From assembly GCA_963792545.1 (NCBI GenBank), contig CAWBXM010000006.1, forward strand, positions 1-45,257: DNA of 45,257 nucleotides, given 5' to 3'. The position numbers and the translations under genes were made by a program. This document shows positions 29,082-41,800 of this stretch, one piece after another (position 1 is the stretch's first letter; the number at the start of each line of letters is the position of its first letter). Under the pieces are notes generated by a model that was given only the letters and a program-made list of their open reading frames with translations, did no database searches and had not been told where the DNA came from. The DNA comes from an uncultured Gammaproteobacteria bacterium (GTDB lineage Bacteria; Pseudomonadota; Gammaproteobacteria; SZUA-229).

Positions 29082-29564
29082 ATGACAGAACAAACACATA
29101 ATGACACTCCCAGTGAGGCCATCGAAATTAGTGACATGGATGCCAGTTTTTCCAGCGGCATTGCTGCTTTTGAAGCAAAAAATTTCAAACAGGCCATGCA
29201 GTTTTTAGGCCCGCTGGCGGAAGCTGGTGATGCTGAATCTCAGCATCGTTGCGCCATCATGTATCAGAATGGTCTGGGTGCAGTCGTTAATGAGGCCAAA
29301 GCGGCCGAATATATGCAGGCGGCAGCCGAACAGGGCCACGCAATCGCACAGCATGGCCTGGGTTTCATGTACATGGAAGGCGAGTGTGTGGAACAAAATG
29401 CACAACTGGCGGTGAAGTGGTTTACCAAAGCCAGTGAGCAGGGATTAGTCGGTTCGCTGACCACACTGGCGATGATGTATCAGGAAGGCAATGGCGTCGA
29501 AAAAGATCCTGTAAAAGCCAAAGAGTTATATGCACAGGCTGGTTTTGACGATATACAGGTTTAA
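29082..29564 (+). CDS. Sel1-like repeat protein
   Basis: Three Sel1 repeats (MYQNGLG, AQHGLGFMYMEG, LAMMYQEGNGV); no signal peptide; ATG 29082 after AGGA. Confidence 0.9.
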   Translation: MTEQTHNDTPSEAIEISDMDASFSSGIAAFEAKNFKQAMQFLGPLAEAGDAESQHRCAIMYQNGLGAVVNEAKAAEYMQAAAEQGHAIAQHGLGFMYMEGECVEQNAQLAVKWFTKASEQGLVGSLTTLAMMYQEGNGVEKDPVKAKELYAQAGFDDIQV

Positions 29565-29689
29565 TGATCTAATCGTTACCTCAGCACCAGAAACAGTAAA
29601 ATCTCTGTAATTGAGCGTCTACTGTTGCACCCGGATGTTCATGTTCCAGTTAACAGAACAATAAAAACAGATTAAACGAATATACAATT

Positions 29690-30730
29690 ATGCGCCCAGC
29701 CCATCTATTAACCGTTGTTGAAAAAGAATTCATTAGTACCCAGTCGGGTCACCACACACCTGTAATGTTATGGGGTGCGCCGGGCGTTGGTAAATCACAG
29801 ATGGTGGCGCAGGTTGCCAGCAGGCAAAACACACCGCTGATCGATATTCGTCTATCACAGATGGAACCCAGTGATCTACGTGGTATCCCGTTTAAGGACG
29901 GCAATGTCGTTGAATGGGCAGTGCCTGCGATGTTACCTGATGCGCAACGTCATGGTGAAAACGGTATCTTATTTCTTGACGAGATAACCTCGGCGCCGCC
30001 GAGTGTATCGGCCGCTGCTTATCAGTTGATTCTGGACAGGAAACTCGGTGAATACGAAGTGCCCGCGGGCTGGGCGATAATCGCTGCAGGTAACCGGCAG
30101 GGAGATCGTGGCGTTACTTATAGCATGCCGGCACCACTGGCGAACCGATTTTCGCATTATGAAGTGGATATTAATCTTGATGACTGGGTTGCCTGGGCAT
30201 ACGCTAACGGTATCGATGAGCGGATTATCGCTTTTTTACGTTTCCGTCAGGACCTATTGTTTGAATTTGATGCCTCACAAAATCCAGTCGCATTTCCATC
30301 ACCACGTTCATGGGAGTTTGCTCATAGAGCACTACATAAATTTGAAGATCACCCTGAATTGTTTTCAGGTGCTCTACAGGCCTGTGTTGGCAAAGCCGCT
30401 GGTATCGAACTGGCCGCTTTCATCGCTAGCCTTGATCAGATGCCCGACCTCGATGCCATTGTTAACGGCGAAGAGGTCGATGCGCCGAAAGAGATTGATC
30501 TGCAGTATGCTGTAGCCACCGCGTTAGTCGGTCGCGCTATCCGTGCCAAAGATACGGATGATGCATTGAAAGTGCACGGTAATATTTTAAGTTATGCCAA
30601 TCGTTTTCCACAGCGTGAGATGGGCGTGATGATGGTTTCCGACATGCATCGCGCCATCGGTCAGGACATTTTTACTGTGCCGGAGTTTGCGAAATGGGCA
30701 GACAAGATTGCCGACCTGATGTTGTATTAA
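29690..30730 (+). CDS. MoxR-like AAA+ ATPase
   Basis: Walker A GAPGVGKS, Walker B ILFLDE, sensor AAGN, arginine finger LANRF, and SPRSWE. Confidence 0.92.
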   Translation: MRPAHLLTVVEKEFISTQSGHHTPVMLWGAPGVGKSQMVAQVASRQNTPLIDIRLSQMEPSDLRGIPFKDGNVVEWAVPAMLPDAQRHGENGILFLDEITSAPPSVSAAAYQLILDRKLGEYEVPAGWAIIAAGNRQGDRGVTYSMPAPLANRFSHYEVDINLDDWVAWAYANGIDERIIAFLRFRQDLLFEFDASQNPVAFPSPRSWEFAHRALHKFEDHPELFSGALQACVGKAAGIELAAFIASLDQMPDLDAIVNGEEVDAPKEIDLQYAVATALVGRAIRAKDTDDALKVHGNILSYANRFPQREMGVMMVSDMHRAIGQDIFTVPEFAKWADKIADLMLY

Positions 30731-30744
30731 ACACAGGAAAATTG

Positions 30745-30825
30745 TCCACAGATGAACACCGATGAACGCCGATTTAAAAAGCAAAAAATAGTTTTTATCT
30801 GCGTTTATCTGTGTCCATCTGTGGA
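30745..30825. repeat. Tandem-repeat-armed inverted repeat with 10-bp units
   Basis: TCCACAGATGAACACCGATGAACGCCGAT (30745-30773) versus inverted arm 30797-30825; 25 of 29 positions match. Confidence 0.85.
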
Positions 30826-30866
30826 AGAGAATTGTTTTTTATCTTTTCGGCTTTGATGGTGTTTGT

Positions 30867-32126
30867 GTGAGTGATTACCCCGACGTAGAAAAAAAACTTG
30901 CCACTGCCAGAACACGTTTGATTCTGGACAAACCATTTCTTGGCGCGCTGGTTTTACGTCTGCCTATGGTAGCAGCAGATCCTAAATGGTGCGAATCAAC
31001 TTTTAGTGACGGTAAAACGTTTTACTATAACAATGATTACATCGACGCGCTTGATCAGGATCAAACGCAATTCGCACTTTCACATGAAGCGCTTCACTGT
31101 GCACTCTCGCATTTTCATCGCCGTGGTCACCGGGTAAAACTTCGTTGGGACCTGGCCTGTGACTATGCGGTTAACCCGCTATTGATCAATGATGGCTTAA
31201 AGCCCACGCCTGATGCCATGTTTCTTCGTGAATACGAAGGCATGACTGCCGAAGAGATTTATCCTTGTCTTGAAGATAATGATAATGGTGGTGAGCGTGA
31301 CCTGGAGAACGATAAGAAGTCTGATGATGCTGACAATGATGATCAACAATCTCGCCAGGATAATAGCGGCGGTGGTAAAGATAAAGAAAAAGAAAACGAT
31401 GAGCAGAGTGAAGGTCAGGGTGAACAGGACAATGATCAGGATGATGCAGGTCAGGGCGGATTGTCAGCCAAACCTGCCGGTATGTCAGCTCAGGAAGAAG
31501 ACGAACTTAGTCTGCAGTGGGAGCAGCGTTTAGCGGGCGCCGCGCAACAGGCGCTTCAGTCAGGCAAGCTCGAAGGCGAAATGGCAAGGATGGTGGACCA
31601 CCTGTTACAGCCAAAATTACCCTGGCGTATGTTACTGGCGCGTTACATGTCAGCCACCGCACGCGAGGATTACAGCTATGCCCGGCCATCATCACGCCGT
31701 GGTGACCCCGCGATATACCCCAGTATGCGCAGTAACGAGACCAGTATTGTGGTTGCTGTTGATACCAGTGGCTCGATTGATCAGGAAGAAATACAGGAGT
31801 TCATCTCAGAGATCGATGCGATAAAAAGTCAGGTGCGCGCGAGTGTGACCCTGCTTACCTGCGACTCGAAATTAAACTATGGTTGCCCATGGAAGTTTGA
31901 AGCCTGGGATGCATTTCAATTTGATGTTGAGATACGTGGTGGTGGTGGAACAAATTTTAAGCCAGTATTTGACTGGGTGGAAGATCAGGATAAAGCACCA
32001 GACCTGTTGGTTTATTTTACCGATGCAGAAGGTATTTTTCCGGAAGCCGAACCTTATTTTCCTGTGACCTGGTTAGTTAAAGGCAAAGCCAAAGTACCGT
32101 TTGGTGTTAGGGTACAACTAAATTAG
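30867..32126 (+). CDS. DUF2201-type protein: HExxH metallopeptidase-like domain, acidic linker, VWA-like domain
   Basis: HEALH...LACDYAVN; D/E/Q-rich linker; MIDAS VDTSGS; RGGGGTNF; YFTD. Confidence 0.9.
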   Translation: MSDYPDVEKKLATARTRLILDKPFLGALVLRLPMVAADPKWCESTFSDGKTFYYNNDYIDALDQDQTQFALSHEALHCALSHFHRRGHRVKLRWDLACDYAVNPLLINDGLKPTPDAMFLREYEGMTAEEIYPCLEDNDNGGERDLENDKKSDDADNDDQQSRQDNSGGGKDKEKENDEQSEGQGEQDNDQDDAGQGGLSAKPAGMSAQEEDELSLQWEQRLAGAAQQALQSGKLEGEMARMVDHLLQPKLPWRMLLARYMSATAREDYSYARPSSRRGDPAIYPSMRSNETSIVVAVDTSGSIDQEEIQEFISEIDAIKSQVRASVTLLTCDSKLNYGCPWKFEAWDAFQFDVEIRGGGGTNFKPVFDWVEDQDKAPDLLVYFTDAEGIFPEAEPYFPVTWLVKGKAKVPFGVRVQLN

Positions 32127-32150
32127 TTTGCTACAGCTAAAAACAATTCT

Positions 32151-32299
<149 letters not shown>

Positions 32300-32309
32300 G
32301 GTTTTTATA

Positions 32310-33434
32310 ATGGCACTTTCAGCAGAAGATAATCTAAGGCTAAATGTTTTGCTCTCGCAGGATCTTCATGCTGTGCGCATCGATGAATCAAAGATGACAG
32401 TGTTTGCCTTAACGTCTAAAGGCGAAGCTAAGATCCCTTTAAATGCCACCGGCAAAGATGAAAAATACGTAAAAGAAGTTAAAGCCCTGTTAAGTACTCA
32501 TGTTATGGGTTCGCCCGGTGGTTATCCGGTTTACCTGAAACGCTGGACACGGATGGGGCAGGCGCGTGAGGAGAGTCTCGCGCAGTTATTATTACTGGGT
32601 GAACCTGAAGCCGTCGTTGCGGCGGTACATGCACCGGGTTTAAGTGATGAGCTGGCAGCACGCGCCTGGTGGGCGATGCCGACCTCTGAAAATGCGCGGC
32701 GTATGCTGGAGAAACAGGCGGTAGTCGAAGGTGAAACTGGAAAAGTGCTGGCTGAATTTTTACTTGAATTCCTGCCTTTCGAAGAAGATCAGAGTGACAT
32801 AATTGAATCAGTACGCCTGGTATTACAACCGGGTCTGATCTCTCAACAGGAAAAGGAAAATCTCTGGAAAAAAACAAAAACTAAACGAAGTTTCTATGTT
32901 GGTTTTTTGCATGCCTCTGCAGATGATCTACCTGTAGATGTCGATGCGCATGCCGAGCATGAATTGATTAAACAGCAATTGAAGGATCTGATAGCACAGG
33001 GCAATCCATACGCCTTAATGCTCGAAAAAGTATTGAGCGCAAAAGGCCAGGCGGTTATCCAGACGATTGATGAGGCATTTAAAAAACCCGGTAATCAGGA
33101 TGTAGTTGTGTCATTGCTTTCAGCGGTAGCAAATTACTTTGTCGACATCGTTCCTGAAAAGTTTACTGAGGGCGATATGCAGGCGATATGTGATCAGGCT
33201 GAACTGTTATGCAGCAGTGACACTGCTGGCATAGGCGATGTGCTTATTTCACTGCAGGGGCAATCAGAGTCCGCGCAAAAATATCTTTCTGCGATGACGG
33301 TGCTGGCCTGTTTGAATGTAAAACTGGTCGATCCTATCTTTGCTCGTAGCGATGCAATCGGTACCGTGATGCGTAAAAAAATCAAACCCATCACTGACCC
33401 TGTTTTAGAGCAGCTCAAGGTTTTACGTGACTAA
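32310..33434 (+). CDS. dsrS: DsrS
   Basis: LSAEDNLRLNVLL, GSPGGYPVYLKRWTRMGQ and LLLLGEPEAVVA match my recollection of DsrS; length 374 aa. Confidence 0.85.
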   Translation: MALSAEDNLRLNVLLSQDLHAVRIDESKMTVFALTSKGEAKIPLNATGKDEKYVKEVKALLSTHVMGSPGGYPVYLKRWTRMGQAREESLAQLLLLGEPEAVVAAVHAPGLSDELAARAWWAMPTSENARRMLEKQAVVEGETGKVLAEFLLEFLPFEEDQSDIIESVRLVLQPGLISQQEKENLWKKTKTKRSFYVGFLHASADDLPVDVDAHAEHELIKQQLKDLIAQGNPYALMLEKVLSAKGQAVIQTIDEAFKKPGNQDVVVSLLSAVANYFVDIVPEKFTEGDMQAICDQAELLCSSDTAGIGDVLISLQGQSESAQKYLSAMTVLACLNVKLVDPIFARSDAIGTVMRKKIKPITDPVLEQLKVLRD

Positions 33435-33491
33435 GATCTTAGGTAACTAAGGTTTTGTGCAGCTGTGGTCTTGTCTTTTGATAATAAAATA

Positions 33492-34961
33492 TTATAAAAA
33501 CGAGAGTATCTCTGATTCGATATCATCTTTTTCAATGATCGACGTCTGAGCGATCTCTTTATCAAACAGGCCACTAATGATAGCAGGGATCTCGATGCCA
33601 GCCTTGCTGGCAATCGATTTTAACGCATCGATATCGTGAGCATCAACTTCACCGTTTAGCGCATTAGCAATAACCGGCGAAAATTTGGTCCATTCAGCGG
33701 TTGAATAGACGATGGTTTTTAGTGGTTTATCACGACAGCTGTCATAGGCTTTAAAACAGGTCGCAGTATGTGGGTCCATCAGGTAACCATCTGCAAAAGC
33801 ATCTTTTATGTATTGCTTGCCTTCATCATCCTCACAAAAGTCTGCTGAGAAAATTGAGTGAAGCTGTGACAATTCATCTTCACTCAATTGATAGTGTTTA
33901 TCGTTGTCCAGTTGAAACATCAATTCTCTAGTGCGTTCTGAGCCGAATAGGTCAAACAGTACACGTTCTATGTTTGAAGACTTTAGAATGTCCATTGCCG
34001 GTGATGTGGTCGGTACAACCTCGGTACTTCTTAAGTCATAGATGCCAGTAGTAATTAACGAGGTCAGGATGTTGTTTTTGTTGGATGCGATCAGGATCTT
34101 TTCTACCGGCAAACCCATCTTCATCGCATAGTAACCACCTAGTGCATTGCCAAAGTTGCCGCTGGGAACATCAAGATAAACCTTCTCACCCATCTCGATG
34201 GCATGCTGGCGAACCAGTTCTAAATAAGAATGGATGTGGTAGATGGTCTGAAAGATGATGCGGCCAAAGTTGACTGAGTTGGCGGCTGAAACACGTATGT
34301 CTTTTAGTTTTAAAGCCTGTTTGAAGTCTTTAGAGCCCAGTAATCGTTTGAGTGCATTCTGGGTGTCATCAAAATCCCCCTTAACGCCGATAACTTTTAG
34401 ATTATCAGCATCCTCTGTTACCATCTGTAAACGTTGTACGTCTGAGGTGCCGCCAACGGGATACATGCAGGCCACCTGTACGTTGGCCTTATTTTTAAAT
34501 GTTTCTAATGCGGCCGGCCCGGTATCACCAGAAGTGGCTGTCAGTATCAGGTAATTCTCATTACGATTCTGTGCGATAGAAGATAAAATAGTACCAAAAG
34601 GCTGTAATGCCATGTCTTTAAATGCGCGAGTTGGTCCATGCCATAACTCGCTGACATAAAGGTCATCTTTAACTTTGACTACGGGTACCGGGTTTTCAGG
34701 ATCATCGAATTTATCATATAGCGCTAATGCTTTTTCAATAATATCGGCTTCAATATCAATTTCAAAAGCTGATAATACCGCTGCAGCCAGTGTTTTATAG
34801 TTAGAGCTTATATGTGAATTTAAGAAAGTTTCGCCCAGGCTAGGGAGCCATTCGGGGGAATAGATTCCGCCATAAGATGAGATGGGCGATAGAATGGCCT
34901 CAGAAAAGTGGACTTTTTCGGGGTGCTGGCCGTCATTGCCGCGTGTTTCGATAAAATTCAT
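33492..34961 (-). CDS. thrC: Threonine synthase
   Basis: ELWHGPTRAFKD (PLP lysine), ATSGDTG, ANSVNFGRI, VPSGNFGN and DPHTA. Confidence 0.95.
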   Translation of the reverse strand: MNFIETRGNDGQHPEKVHFSEAILSPISSYGGIYSPEWLPSLGETFLNSHISSNYKTLAAAVLSAFEIDIEADIIEKALALYDKFDDPENPVPVVKVKDDLYVSELWHGPTRAFKDMALQPFGTILSSIAQNRNENYLILTATSGDTGPAALETFKNKANVQVACMYPVGGTSDVQRLQMVTEDADNLKVIGVKGDFDDTQNALKRLLGSKDFKQALKLKDIRVSAANSVNFGRIIFQTIYHIHSYLELVRQHAIEMGEKVYLDVPSGNFGNALGGYYAMKMGLPVEKILIASNKNNILTSLITTGIYDLRSTEVVPTTSPAMDILKSSNIERVLFDLFGSERTRELMFQLDNDKHYQLSEDELSQLHSIFSADFCEDDEGKQYIKDAFADGYLMDPHTATCFKAYDSCRDKPLKTIVYSTAEWTKFSPVIANALNGEVDAHDIDALKSIASKAGIEIPAIISGLFDKEIAQTSIIEKDDIESEILSFL

Positions 34962-35045
34962 GGTAAATCCAGAGTCTTTCTTAAAATATCGGCGAATTAT
35001 AGCGAATTAATCTGTTTGCTTCCTTAAGTATTTGGTTGCCTGTAA

Positions 35046-35723
35046 TCAGATGTGCAGTGATTTATTCAAGCGCGATTTTATGATGCCGGTAAAATCGGAA
35101 CGTTTGATCTCTTCTGCGCCTAACGATGCGAGGTGTTCAGAATAGACCTGGGCGTCTAGCAGAAACGGTTTAACGCTTTTACAAAGATAATGTATGGCCA
35201 TTTTTGAAGCGTTTTTCTGTCGGCTGAACATGGATTCACCAAAAAAAACATCACCAAGAATTAGGCCGTACACACCACCGACCAGTTTGTTGTTATCCCA
35301 GCACTCTATCGAATGGGCGAACCCCTGTTCGTGTAACTGGCAGTAAACATCCAGCACCTTATCCGTTATCCATGTAGCGGATTCGGTTACACCTTTTATT
35401 TTTCTGGGGCTAGCGCAGGCAAGCATGACTTCATGGAAGGCGGTGTTGGTTCTAACTTCTATGGATGTATTGTTCAGTGCCCGCTGAAAACTGCGTGAAA
35501 TATGAAATTTTTCCGGGTACAAAATGCAACGTGGATTGGGTGACCACCACAAAACAGGTTGACCATCTGAATACCATGGAAAGATGCCTTGCTCATAAGC
35601 CTGGATAACCAGTTCAGGGCTAAGTTTTTCACTCACTGCCAGCAGTCCATCAGGTTCGGTCAATGCGGTGCTCACATCGGGGAATCTAAAATGGGTATCT
35701 TCGAGCCAGGGTATCTGTGACAT
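35046..35723 (-). CDS. aat: Leucyl/phenylalanyl-tRNA--protein transferase
   Basis: GIFPW, LWWSPNPR, AHSIECW and FFGESMFS. Confidence 0.95.
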   Translation of the reverse strand: MSQIPWLEDTHFRFPDVSTALTEPDGLLAVSEKLSPELVIQAYEQGIFPWYSDGQPVLWWSPNPRCILYPEKFHISRSFQRALNNTSIEVRTNTAFHEVMLACASPRKIKGVTESATWITDKVLDVYCQLHEQGFAHSIECWDNNKLVGGVYGLILGDVFFGESMFSRQKNASKMAIHYLCKSVKPFLLDAQVYSEHLASLGAEEIKRSDFTGIIKSRLNKSLHI

Positions 35724-35746
35724 GTTTGAATCTTACGGCAATAGTT

Positions 35747-36889
35747 CTATTTGCATTTATAGGGTGACGATTCGTTGAGCAGTTCACCGTGGTGTTCCAT
35801 GGCAGCGGCTTCTCTGTGCAGAAAATCCTGGATAGCAGCTCTAAAATTCTGATCAGCGATCCAGTGCGCTGACTGTGTTTTTGTCGGCAGAAAACCGCGC
35901 CATATCTTGTGCTCGCCCTGCGCCCCGGGTTCAAATATTTCCAGCTTGTTGTTTATGCAATAGTCTATGCCGGTGTAATAACAGACTTCAAAGTGCAGGC
36001 TGTCATAATCATCGCTACAGCCCCAATGTCTGCCATAGAGCTTGTTTTTGCCCTGGAAACAGATAGCTGCGGCAACGGTCCTGCCTTCATGATAAGCAAA
36101 CACCGCAATGATACTGTCGGCTACCGCTTTAAAAAAATCCAGGGTCAAAGTTGGAGCACCTGATTTTTTCATAAAAGTTACACGGTAGTATGCATATAGC
36201 AGGTCCCATTGTTCTTCACTTAATATGCTACCGGGCAAACTTTCGATCCTGACTTTGTTTTCGATAACTTTTCTACGTTCACGTTTGATGTTCTTTCGTC
36301 GTTTAGACGTAAGCCGTGATAGGAAATCATCGAAGTCTGAATAGTTATTGTTGCTCCAGTGAAACTGGTAATCATAACGTAATAGTAATTGAGCTTCGCT
36401 TAATTGAGTTATATCGTCGTGTTCGCAAAATAAAAAATGTGCAGATGATAATTTATTTTTTTCTGAAAATGCGAGCAGGGCATCAATCAATCCTTTCTTA
36501 ATAGCCGCAGTTTCGATCACTGTACCAGTGCTGTCTTTATGAGTTTGACTGGCCAGCAATCTTGGGCCTTGCGCGGGGGTGAATGGGATCGATGTGACTA
36601 GCTTCGGGTAATAGTCCAGGCCATTTTTCTGGTAAGCGTCGGCCCATGCCCAGTCAAAAACAAACTCACCATAGGAGTTGTCTTTTATATAGGCGGGGCA
36701 GGCGCCGATCAAAATATCGTTATCGTAGAGTAAGCAATGTTGTGGTGACCAGCCCCAGGGTTTTAAGCAGTCATGCTGTTCGAGCGCCAGCAGGAACCCG
36801 TGTTGAATGAATGGATTGTCTTCACCAGCCAGTCTGTTCCAGTGCTCTGCAGCAACGCTGGCGATGCTCTCAGTGAATTTGATTTGCAT
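35747..36889 (-). CDS. GNAT/FemAB-like protein (DUF482)
   Basis: SYGEFVFDWAWA, YYPKL, LYGRHWG, LHFEVCYY and GAQGEHK. Confidence 0.9.
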   Translation of the reverse strand: MQIKFTESIASVAAEHWNRLAGEDNPFIQHGFLLALEQHDCLKPWGWSPQHCLLYDNDILIGACPAYIKDNSYGEFVFDWAWADAYQKNGLDYYPKLVTSIPFTPAQGPRLLASQTHKDSTGTVIETAAIKKGLIDALLAFSEKNKLSSAHFLFCEHDDITQLSEAQLLLRYDYQFHWSNNNYSDFDDFLSRLTSKRRKNIKRERRKVIENKVRIESLPGSILSEEQWDLLYAYYRVTFMKKSGAPTLTLDFFKAVADSIIAVFAYHEGRTVAAAICFQGKNKLYGRHWGCSDDYDSLHFEVCYYTGIDYCINNKLEIFEPGAQGEHKIWRGFLPTKTQSAHWIADQNFRAAIQDFLHREAAAMEHHGELLNESSPYKCK

Positions 36890-36946
36890 TGAGGTGATCT
36901 GTGATCTACCAGGATAGAACTAAAGTCTGACCCGGTTATTCAGATT

Positions 36947-37990
<1,044 letters not shown>

Positions 37991-38205
37991 TTAATGACAA
38001 TTGTTTTGCTGAAATATTTTTTCTGTTGCGGCAATATACCGTGAATTTCATTGCCTTTAAATACTGCGTCAAAGGTTGCTGAACATCAGTATAGAAAAAT
38101 TGTCTGAAGGTAGACTTAGGTAAATAATACCCGCACCGGTTTTTATGCTGGCATCTATAATAAGGCAACTATAATCAGGCATTAAAAACTAAGGTACTCA
38201 TAGTA

Positions 38206-39333
38206 ATGAAAATTGGCATTCCACAGGAAATAATGACGGGTGAAGCGCGTGTTGCACTTACTCCAGTCGTGTGTAAAACACTGATCGATGACGGCCATAG
38301 TATCTATGTACAAAAGGATGCCGGTTTAAACAGTGGGTATCCAGATGCAGAATATCAGCACTCTGGCGTGGTAGTGGTTGCCACGGCGCAGGATCTGTAT
38401 GCCTCTGCGCAACTGATCGTCAAGGTAAAGCAGCCCCTGGCGCAGGATCTTGCTTATCTTCGAGAGGATCATATCCTGTTCAGCTATCTACATCTGGCGG
38501 CAGATCCTGTGCTGGTAAAAAACTTATGTGACTTAGGCCTAACGGCAATCCCATTTGAATCGATCGTAGATGCTGCCGGACAATTACCATTACTGGCACC
38601 GATGAGTCAGGTTGCCGGACACATTGCCACTATTCGAGGTGCCAGTCTGTTGTTTAGGAATCGGGGCGGACGGGGAGTGTTGCTCGGTGGTATCGAGGGT
38701 GCTGACGCGGGTCGTGTCGTGGTCTTAGGCGCGGGTGTTGCTGGTAGCCATGCTGTTGCAGTGGCGGCAGCGTTAGGTGCAAGGGTTGACGTGCTGGATC
38801 TAAATGAAGATAAATTGGCAACACTGAAAACACAGTACCCGAGTATTAAAACACATCTATCAACAGCGCAGACAATCGAAAAATTATGTGTGCAGGCTGA
38901 TCTGGTCATTGGTGCGGTTTTACTCGCTGGCAGGCGTGCACCTGTAGTGTTGGAGCAGTCAGTGGTGAAAAAAATGCCCGAAGGCAGTGTTATTATAGAT
39001 ATTGCGATCGATCAGGGCGGCTGTGTAGAGGATATTCGTGTCACTAGCAGTGAGCAATTATGTTATGTCGAACATGGTGTGATTCACTCCGCGGTACCCA
39101 ATATGCCGGCAGCGGTTGCTCGTACTTCCTCACAATCTTTGTCAACGGCCGTTTTGCCGTATGTTCAGCTGCTGGCGACCCTCAATATAAGCGCACTGGA
39201 TATGACGGGTACAGATCAAATTGTTACAGATAGGTCAGAAGTTTTGCCAGAACAGGCATTAAGCCAGGCCATAGCTATTCACCGGGGGCATATCGTAGAC
39301 CACGTGCTGGCGCGTGAGATGGCCTCTGTGTGA
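38206..39333 (+). CDS. ald: Alanine dehydrogenase
   Basis: EARVALTP, KVKQP, YLHLAA, LLAPMS, GAGVAG, DIAIDQGGC and VPNMP. Confidence 0.9.
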   Translation: MKIGIPQEIMTGEARVALTPVVCKTLIDDGHSIYVQKDAGLNSGYPDAEYQHSGVVVVATAQDLYASAQLIVKVKQPLAQDLAYLREDHILFSYLHLAADPVLVKNLCDLGLTAIPFESIVDAAGQLPLLAPMSQVAGHIATIRGASLLFRNRGGRGVLLGGIEGADAGRVVVLGAGVAGSHAVAVAAALGARVDVLDLNEDKLATLKTQYPSIKTHLSTAQTIEKLCVQADLVIGAVLLAGRRAPVVLEQSVVKKMPEGSVIIDIAIDQGGCVEDIRVTSSEQLCYVEHGVIHSAVPNMPAAVARTSSQSLSTAVLPYVQLLATLNISALDMTGTDQIVTDRSEVLPEQALSQAIAIHRGHIVDHVLAREMASV

Positions 39334-39431
39334 ACGCGCATAAGGCCACAAAAGCCCGATAATTTTTTTCATTGAAGGGTATAATCAGGCTACTTTTTAG
39401 TCCTTAGAATTTAAAAAAACAGGAACGAAGA

Positions 39432-41777
39432 TTGGTCCAGGCACGCCGTACAACAACAACTAATAACTCGGAAAAAAGTGCTGTGATCGCAACGCAACTA
39501 CAACGTGGTTTGCGTGAGGCCGCTATGCTGGTGCTGATGGCGCTGGCGCTGTTTCTGCTTACTGCACTGATTACCTATGATTCATCCGACCCCGGTTGGT
39601 CATACACCGGTTCCAGGGATGCTGTTCATAATGCTGCGGGTGCGGTCGGTGCCTGGTTTGCCGATGTGCTCTACAACCTTTTCGGTTATCTATCGTATCT
39701 TTTCCCCGTTATCATTGCTTACAGTGGCTGGCTGGTGCTTCGTAGTAATCACATCGAAGTGGATAAAGACATTGATTATCATGAGCTGGGTATTCGCTGG
39801 GCAGGTTTTTTTGTCACGGTAGCGATGGGCTGTGCCCTGACCAGTATGCATTTTGCTACCTCAAACAGCGGTTTGCCGCTGGATGGCGGCGGCATCCTTG
39901 GCCTTTGGCTGGGTGACTCGATAGCTGGTTCATTAGGACTTTTAGGGTCCACACTAATATTGCTGGCATTGTTTCTTGCCGGTATTACCCTGTTTAGTGG
40001 TATCTCATGGTTTCGGGTAATCGATACTATCGGTTACGCCGGGCTGGTGAGTTATTACTGGATAACCACAAAAATTCTCACTTTGCTCGAAAACCGGCAG
40101 ATACAAAAAGCCGGCGAAGAAGCGAAGCAGCAGCGCCAGGAAGTGATGGCAGCGGTCAAGAAAAAACAGGAAGTGCGCGTAGCGAAAGGAAATTCCGATG
40201 TGCGCATCGAGCCGGTGGTGAAAAAAGTTGAAATTTCAGAGCGCATGGATCGGGAAAAACAGATACAGCTGTTTGAGGCCCCTAACGATTCCGAGTTACC
40301 GGCGTTACGCCTGTTAGATCCTCCTAAACCTCAGCAGCAAGGTTATTCGACAGAAGCACTTGAGGCTTTGTCACGATTGCTTGAGATCAAACTGGCTGAC
40401 TTTGGTATAGAAGTTGAAGTAGTAGCGGTGCACCCTGGGCCGGTAATTACCCGTTTTGAGATGGAGCCTGCTCCTGGTGTGAAAGCCAGCAAGATTACTG
40501 CCTTATCGAAAGATCTTGCACGTTCACTGTCTGTACCAAGTATTCTGGTGGTCGAAGTTATCCCCGGTAAAACCTGCGTTGGCCTGGAACTTCCTAATGA
40601 ACACCGCGAGATCGTGTCATTAAGTGAAATTCTTATGTCCAAACAATACGATAATTCATCATCGCCATTAACTTTGGGCTTAGGTAAAGACATCGGCGGT
40701 AACCCGGTGGTCGCTGATCTTAGCAAAATGCCGCATTTACTGGTGGCCGGTACTACCGGTTCAGGTAAATCTGTTTGCGTAAACGCGCTTTTGATCAGCC
40801 TGTTATATAAGAGTAAACCTGACGAAGTAAGGCTGATATTGATCGATCCGAAAATGCTGGAACTGAATGTCTATGAAGGTATCGCGCACCTGTTAACACC
40901 GGTTGTGACTGACATGAAAGAAGCGGCTAATGCGCTGCGCTGGTGTGTCGGTGAAATGGAAAGTCGTTATGAGCTGATGTCCGGTCTCGGAGTACGAAAT
41001 ATTGCCGGTTATAACCGCAAGGTGAAAGAAGCGATCGAGGCGGGTGAACCACTGGAAGATCCCACTTTCAATCCTGATCACCATGCACCGGGATCGCAGC
41101 CGCAAAAACTAAAACCGTTGCCCTACATCGTGGTGGTGGTCGATGAATTTGCCGACCTGTTTATGGTGGTAGGTAAAAAGATCGAAGAACTGATTGCTCG
41201 CATCACACAAAAAGCCCGTGCTGCTGGTATCCATCTGATCCTTGCTACACAACGGCCTTCGGTCGATGTAGTGACGGGTCTGATCAAATCAAACATTCCT
41301 ACACGGATTGCATTCCAGGTTTCATCACGGGTGGATTCGCGAACGATTTTAGATCAGATGGGCGCAGAAAACCTGCTAGGACATGGCGATATGTTATACA
41401 TGGAGGCAGGCAGTGGTTTACCTGTGCGTATTCATGGTGCATTTGTCGATGACCATGAAGTTCACAGAGTTGTTGCCTTCCTGAAAGAACAGTCTGGTTC
41501 AGACTATATTGAAGATATTACCAAGGAAAGCAGCACTATGTTGCCCGGAGAAAAGCCGGCGGCTGGCAGTGATGAAGATGTCGATGCTCTATATGATGAA
41601 GCCGTTGCCATTGTTACACAGACACGTAAAGCCTCTATCTCTTATGTGCAGCGTCGCTTAAAAATTGGTTATAACCGTGCCGCAAGGATGATCGAGTCGA
41701 TGGAATCAGATGGCGTTGTTACTGCCATGCAGTCCAACGGTTCACGTGAAGTGTTAGCGCCACCGCCGCCTGAATGA
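39432..41777 (+). CDS. ftsK: DNA translocase FtsK
   Basis: 4TM N-domain, [20 protein letters not shown] and gamma domain IGYNRAAR. Confidence 0.97.
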   Translation: MVQARRTTTTNNSEKSAVIATQLQRGLREAAMLVLMALALFLLTALITYDSSDPGWSYTGSRDAVHNAAGAVGAWFADVLYNLFGYLSYLFPVIIAYSGWLVLRSNHIEVDKDIDYHELGIRWAGFFVTVAMGCALTSMHFATSNSGLPLDGGGILGLWLGDSIAGSLGLLGSTLILLALFLAGITLFSGISWFRVIDTIGYAGLVSYYWITTKILTLLENRQIQKAGEEAKQQRQEVMAAVKKKQEVRVAKGNSDVRIEPVVKKVEISERMDREKQIQLFEAPNDSELPALRLLDPPKPQQQGYSTEALEALSRLLEIKLADFGIEVEVVAVHPGPVITRFEMEPAPGVKASKITALSKDLARSLSVPSILVVEVIPGKTCVGLELPNEHREIVSLSEILMSKQYDNSSSPLTLGLGKDIGGNPVVADLSKMPHLLVAGTTGSGKSVCVNALLISLLYKSKPDEVRLILIDPKMLELNVYEGIAHLLTPVVTDMKEAANALRWCVGEMESRYELMSGLGVRNIAGYNRKVKEAIEAGEPLEDPTFNPDHHAPGSQPQKLKPLPYIVVVVDEFADLFMVVGKKIEELIARITQKARAAGIHLILATQRPSVDVVTGLIKSNIPTRIAFQVSSRVDSRTILDQMGAENLLGHGDMLYMEAGSGLPVRIHGAFVDDHEVHRVVAFLKEQSGSDYIEDITKESSTMLPGEKPAAGSDEDVDALYDEAVAIVTQTRKASISYVQRRLKIGYNRAARMIESMESDGVVTAMQSNGSREVLAPPPPE

Positions 41778-41800
41778 TAGTGAAAAATGCACTGAAATCA

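Noticed and set aside
38206-39333. ald occupying the position of lrp between trxB and ftsK as a novelty
   Set aside because: Differs from enterobacteria, but I recall this order in other gammaproteobacteria; ordinary housekeeping variation.
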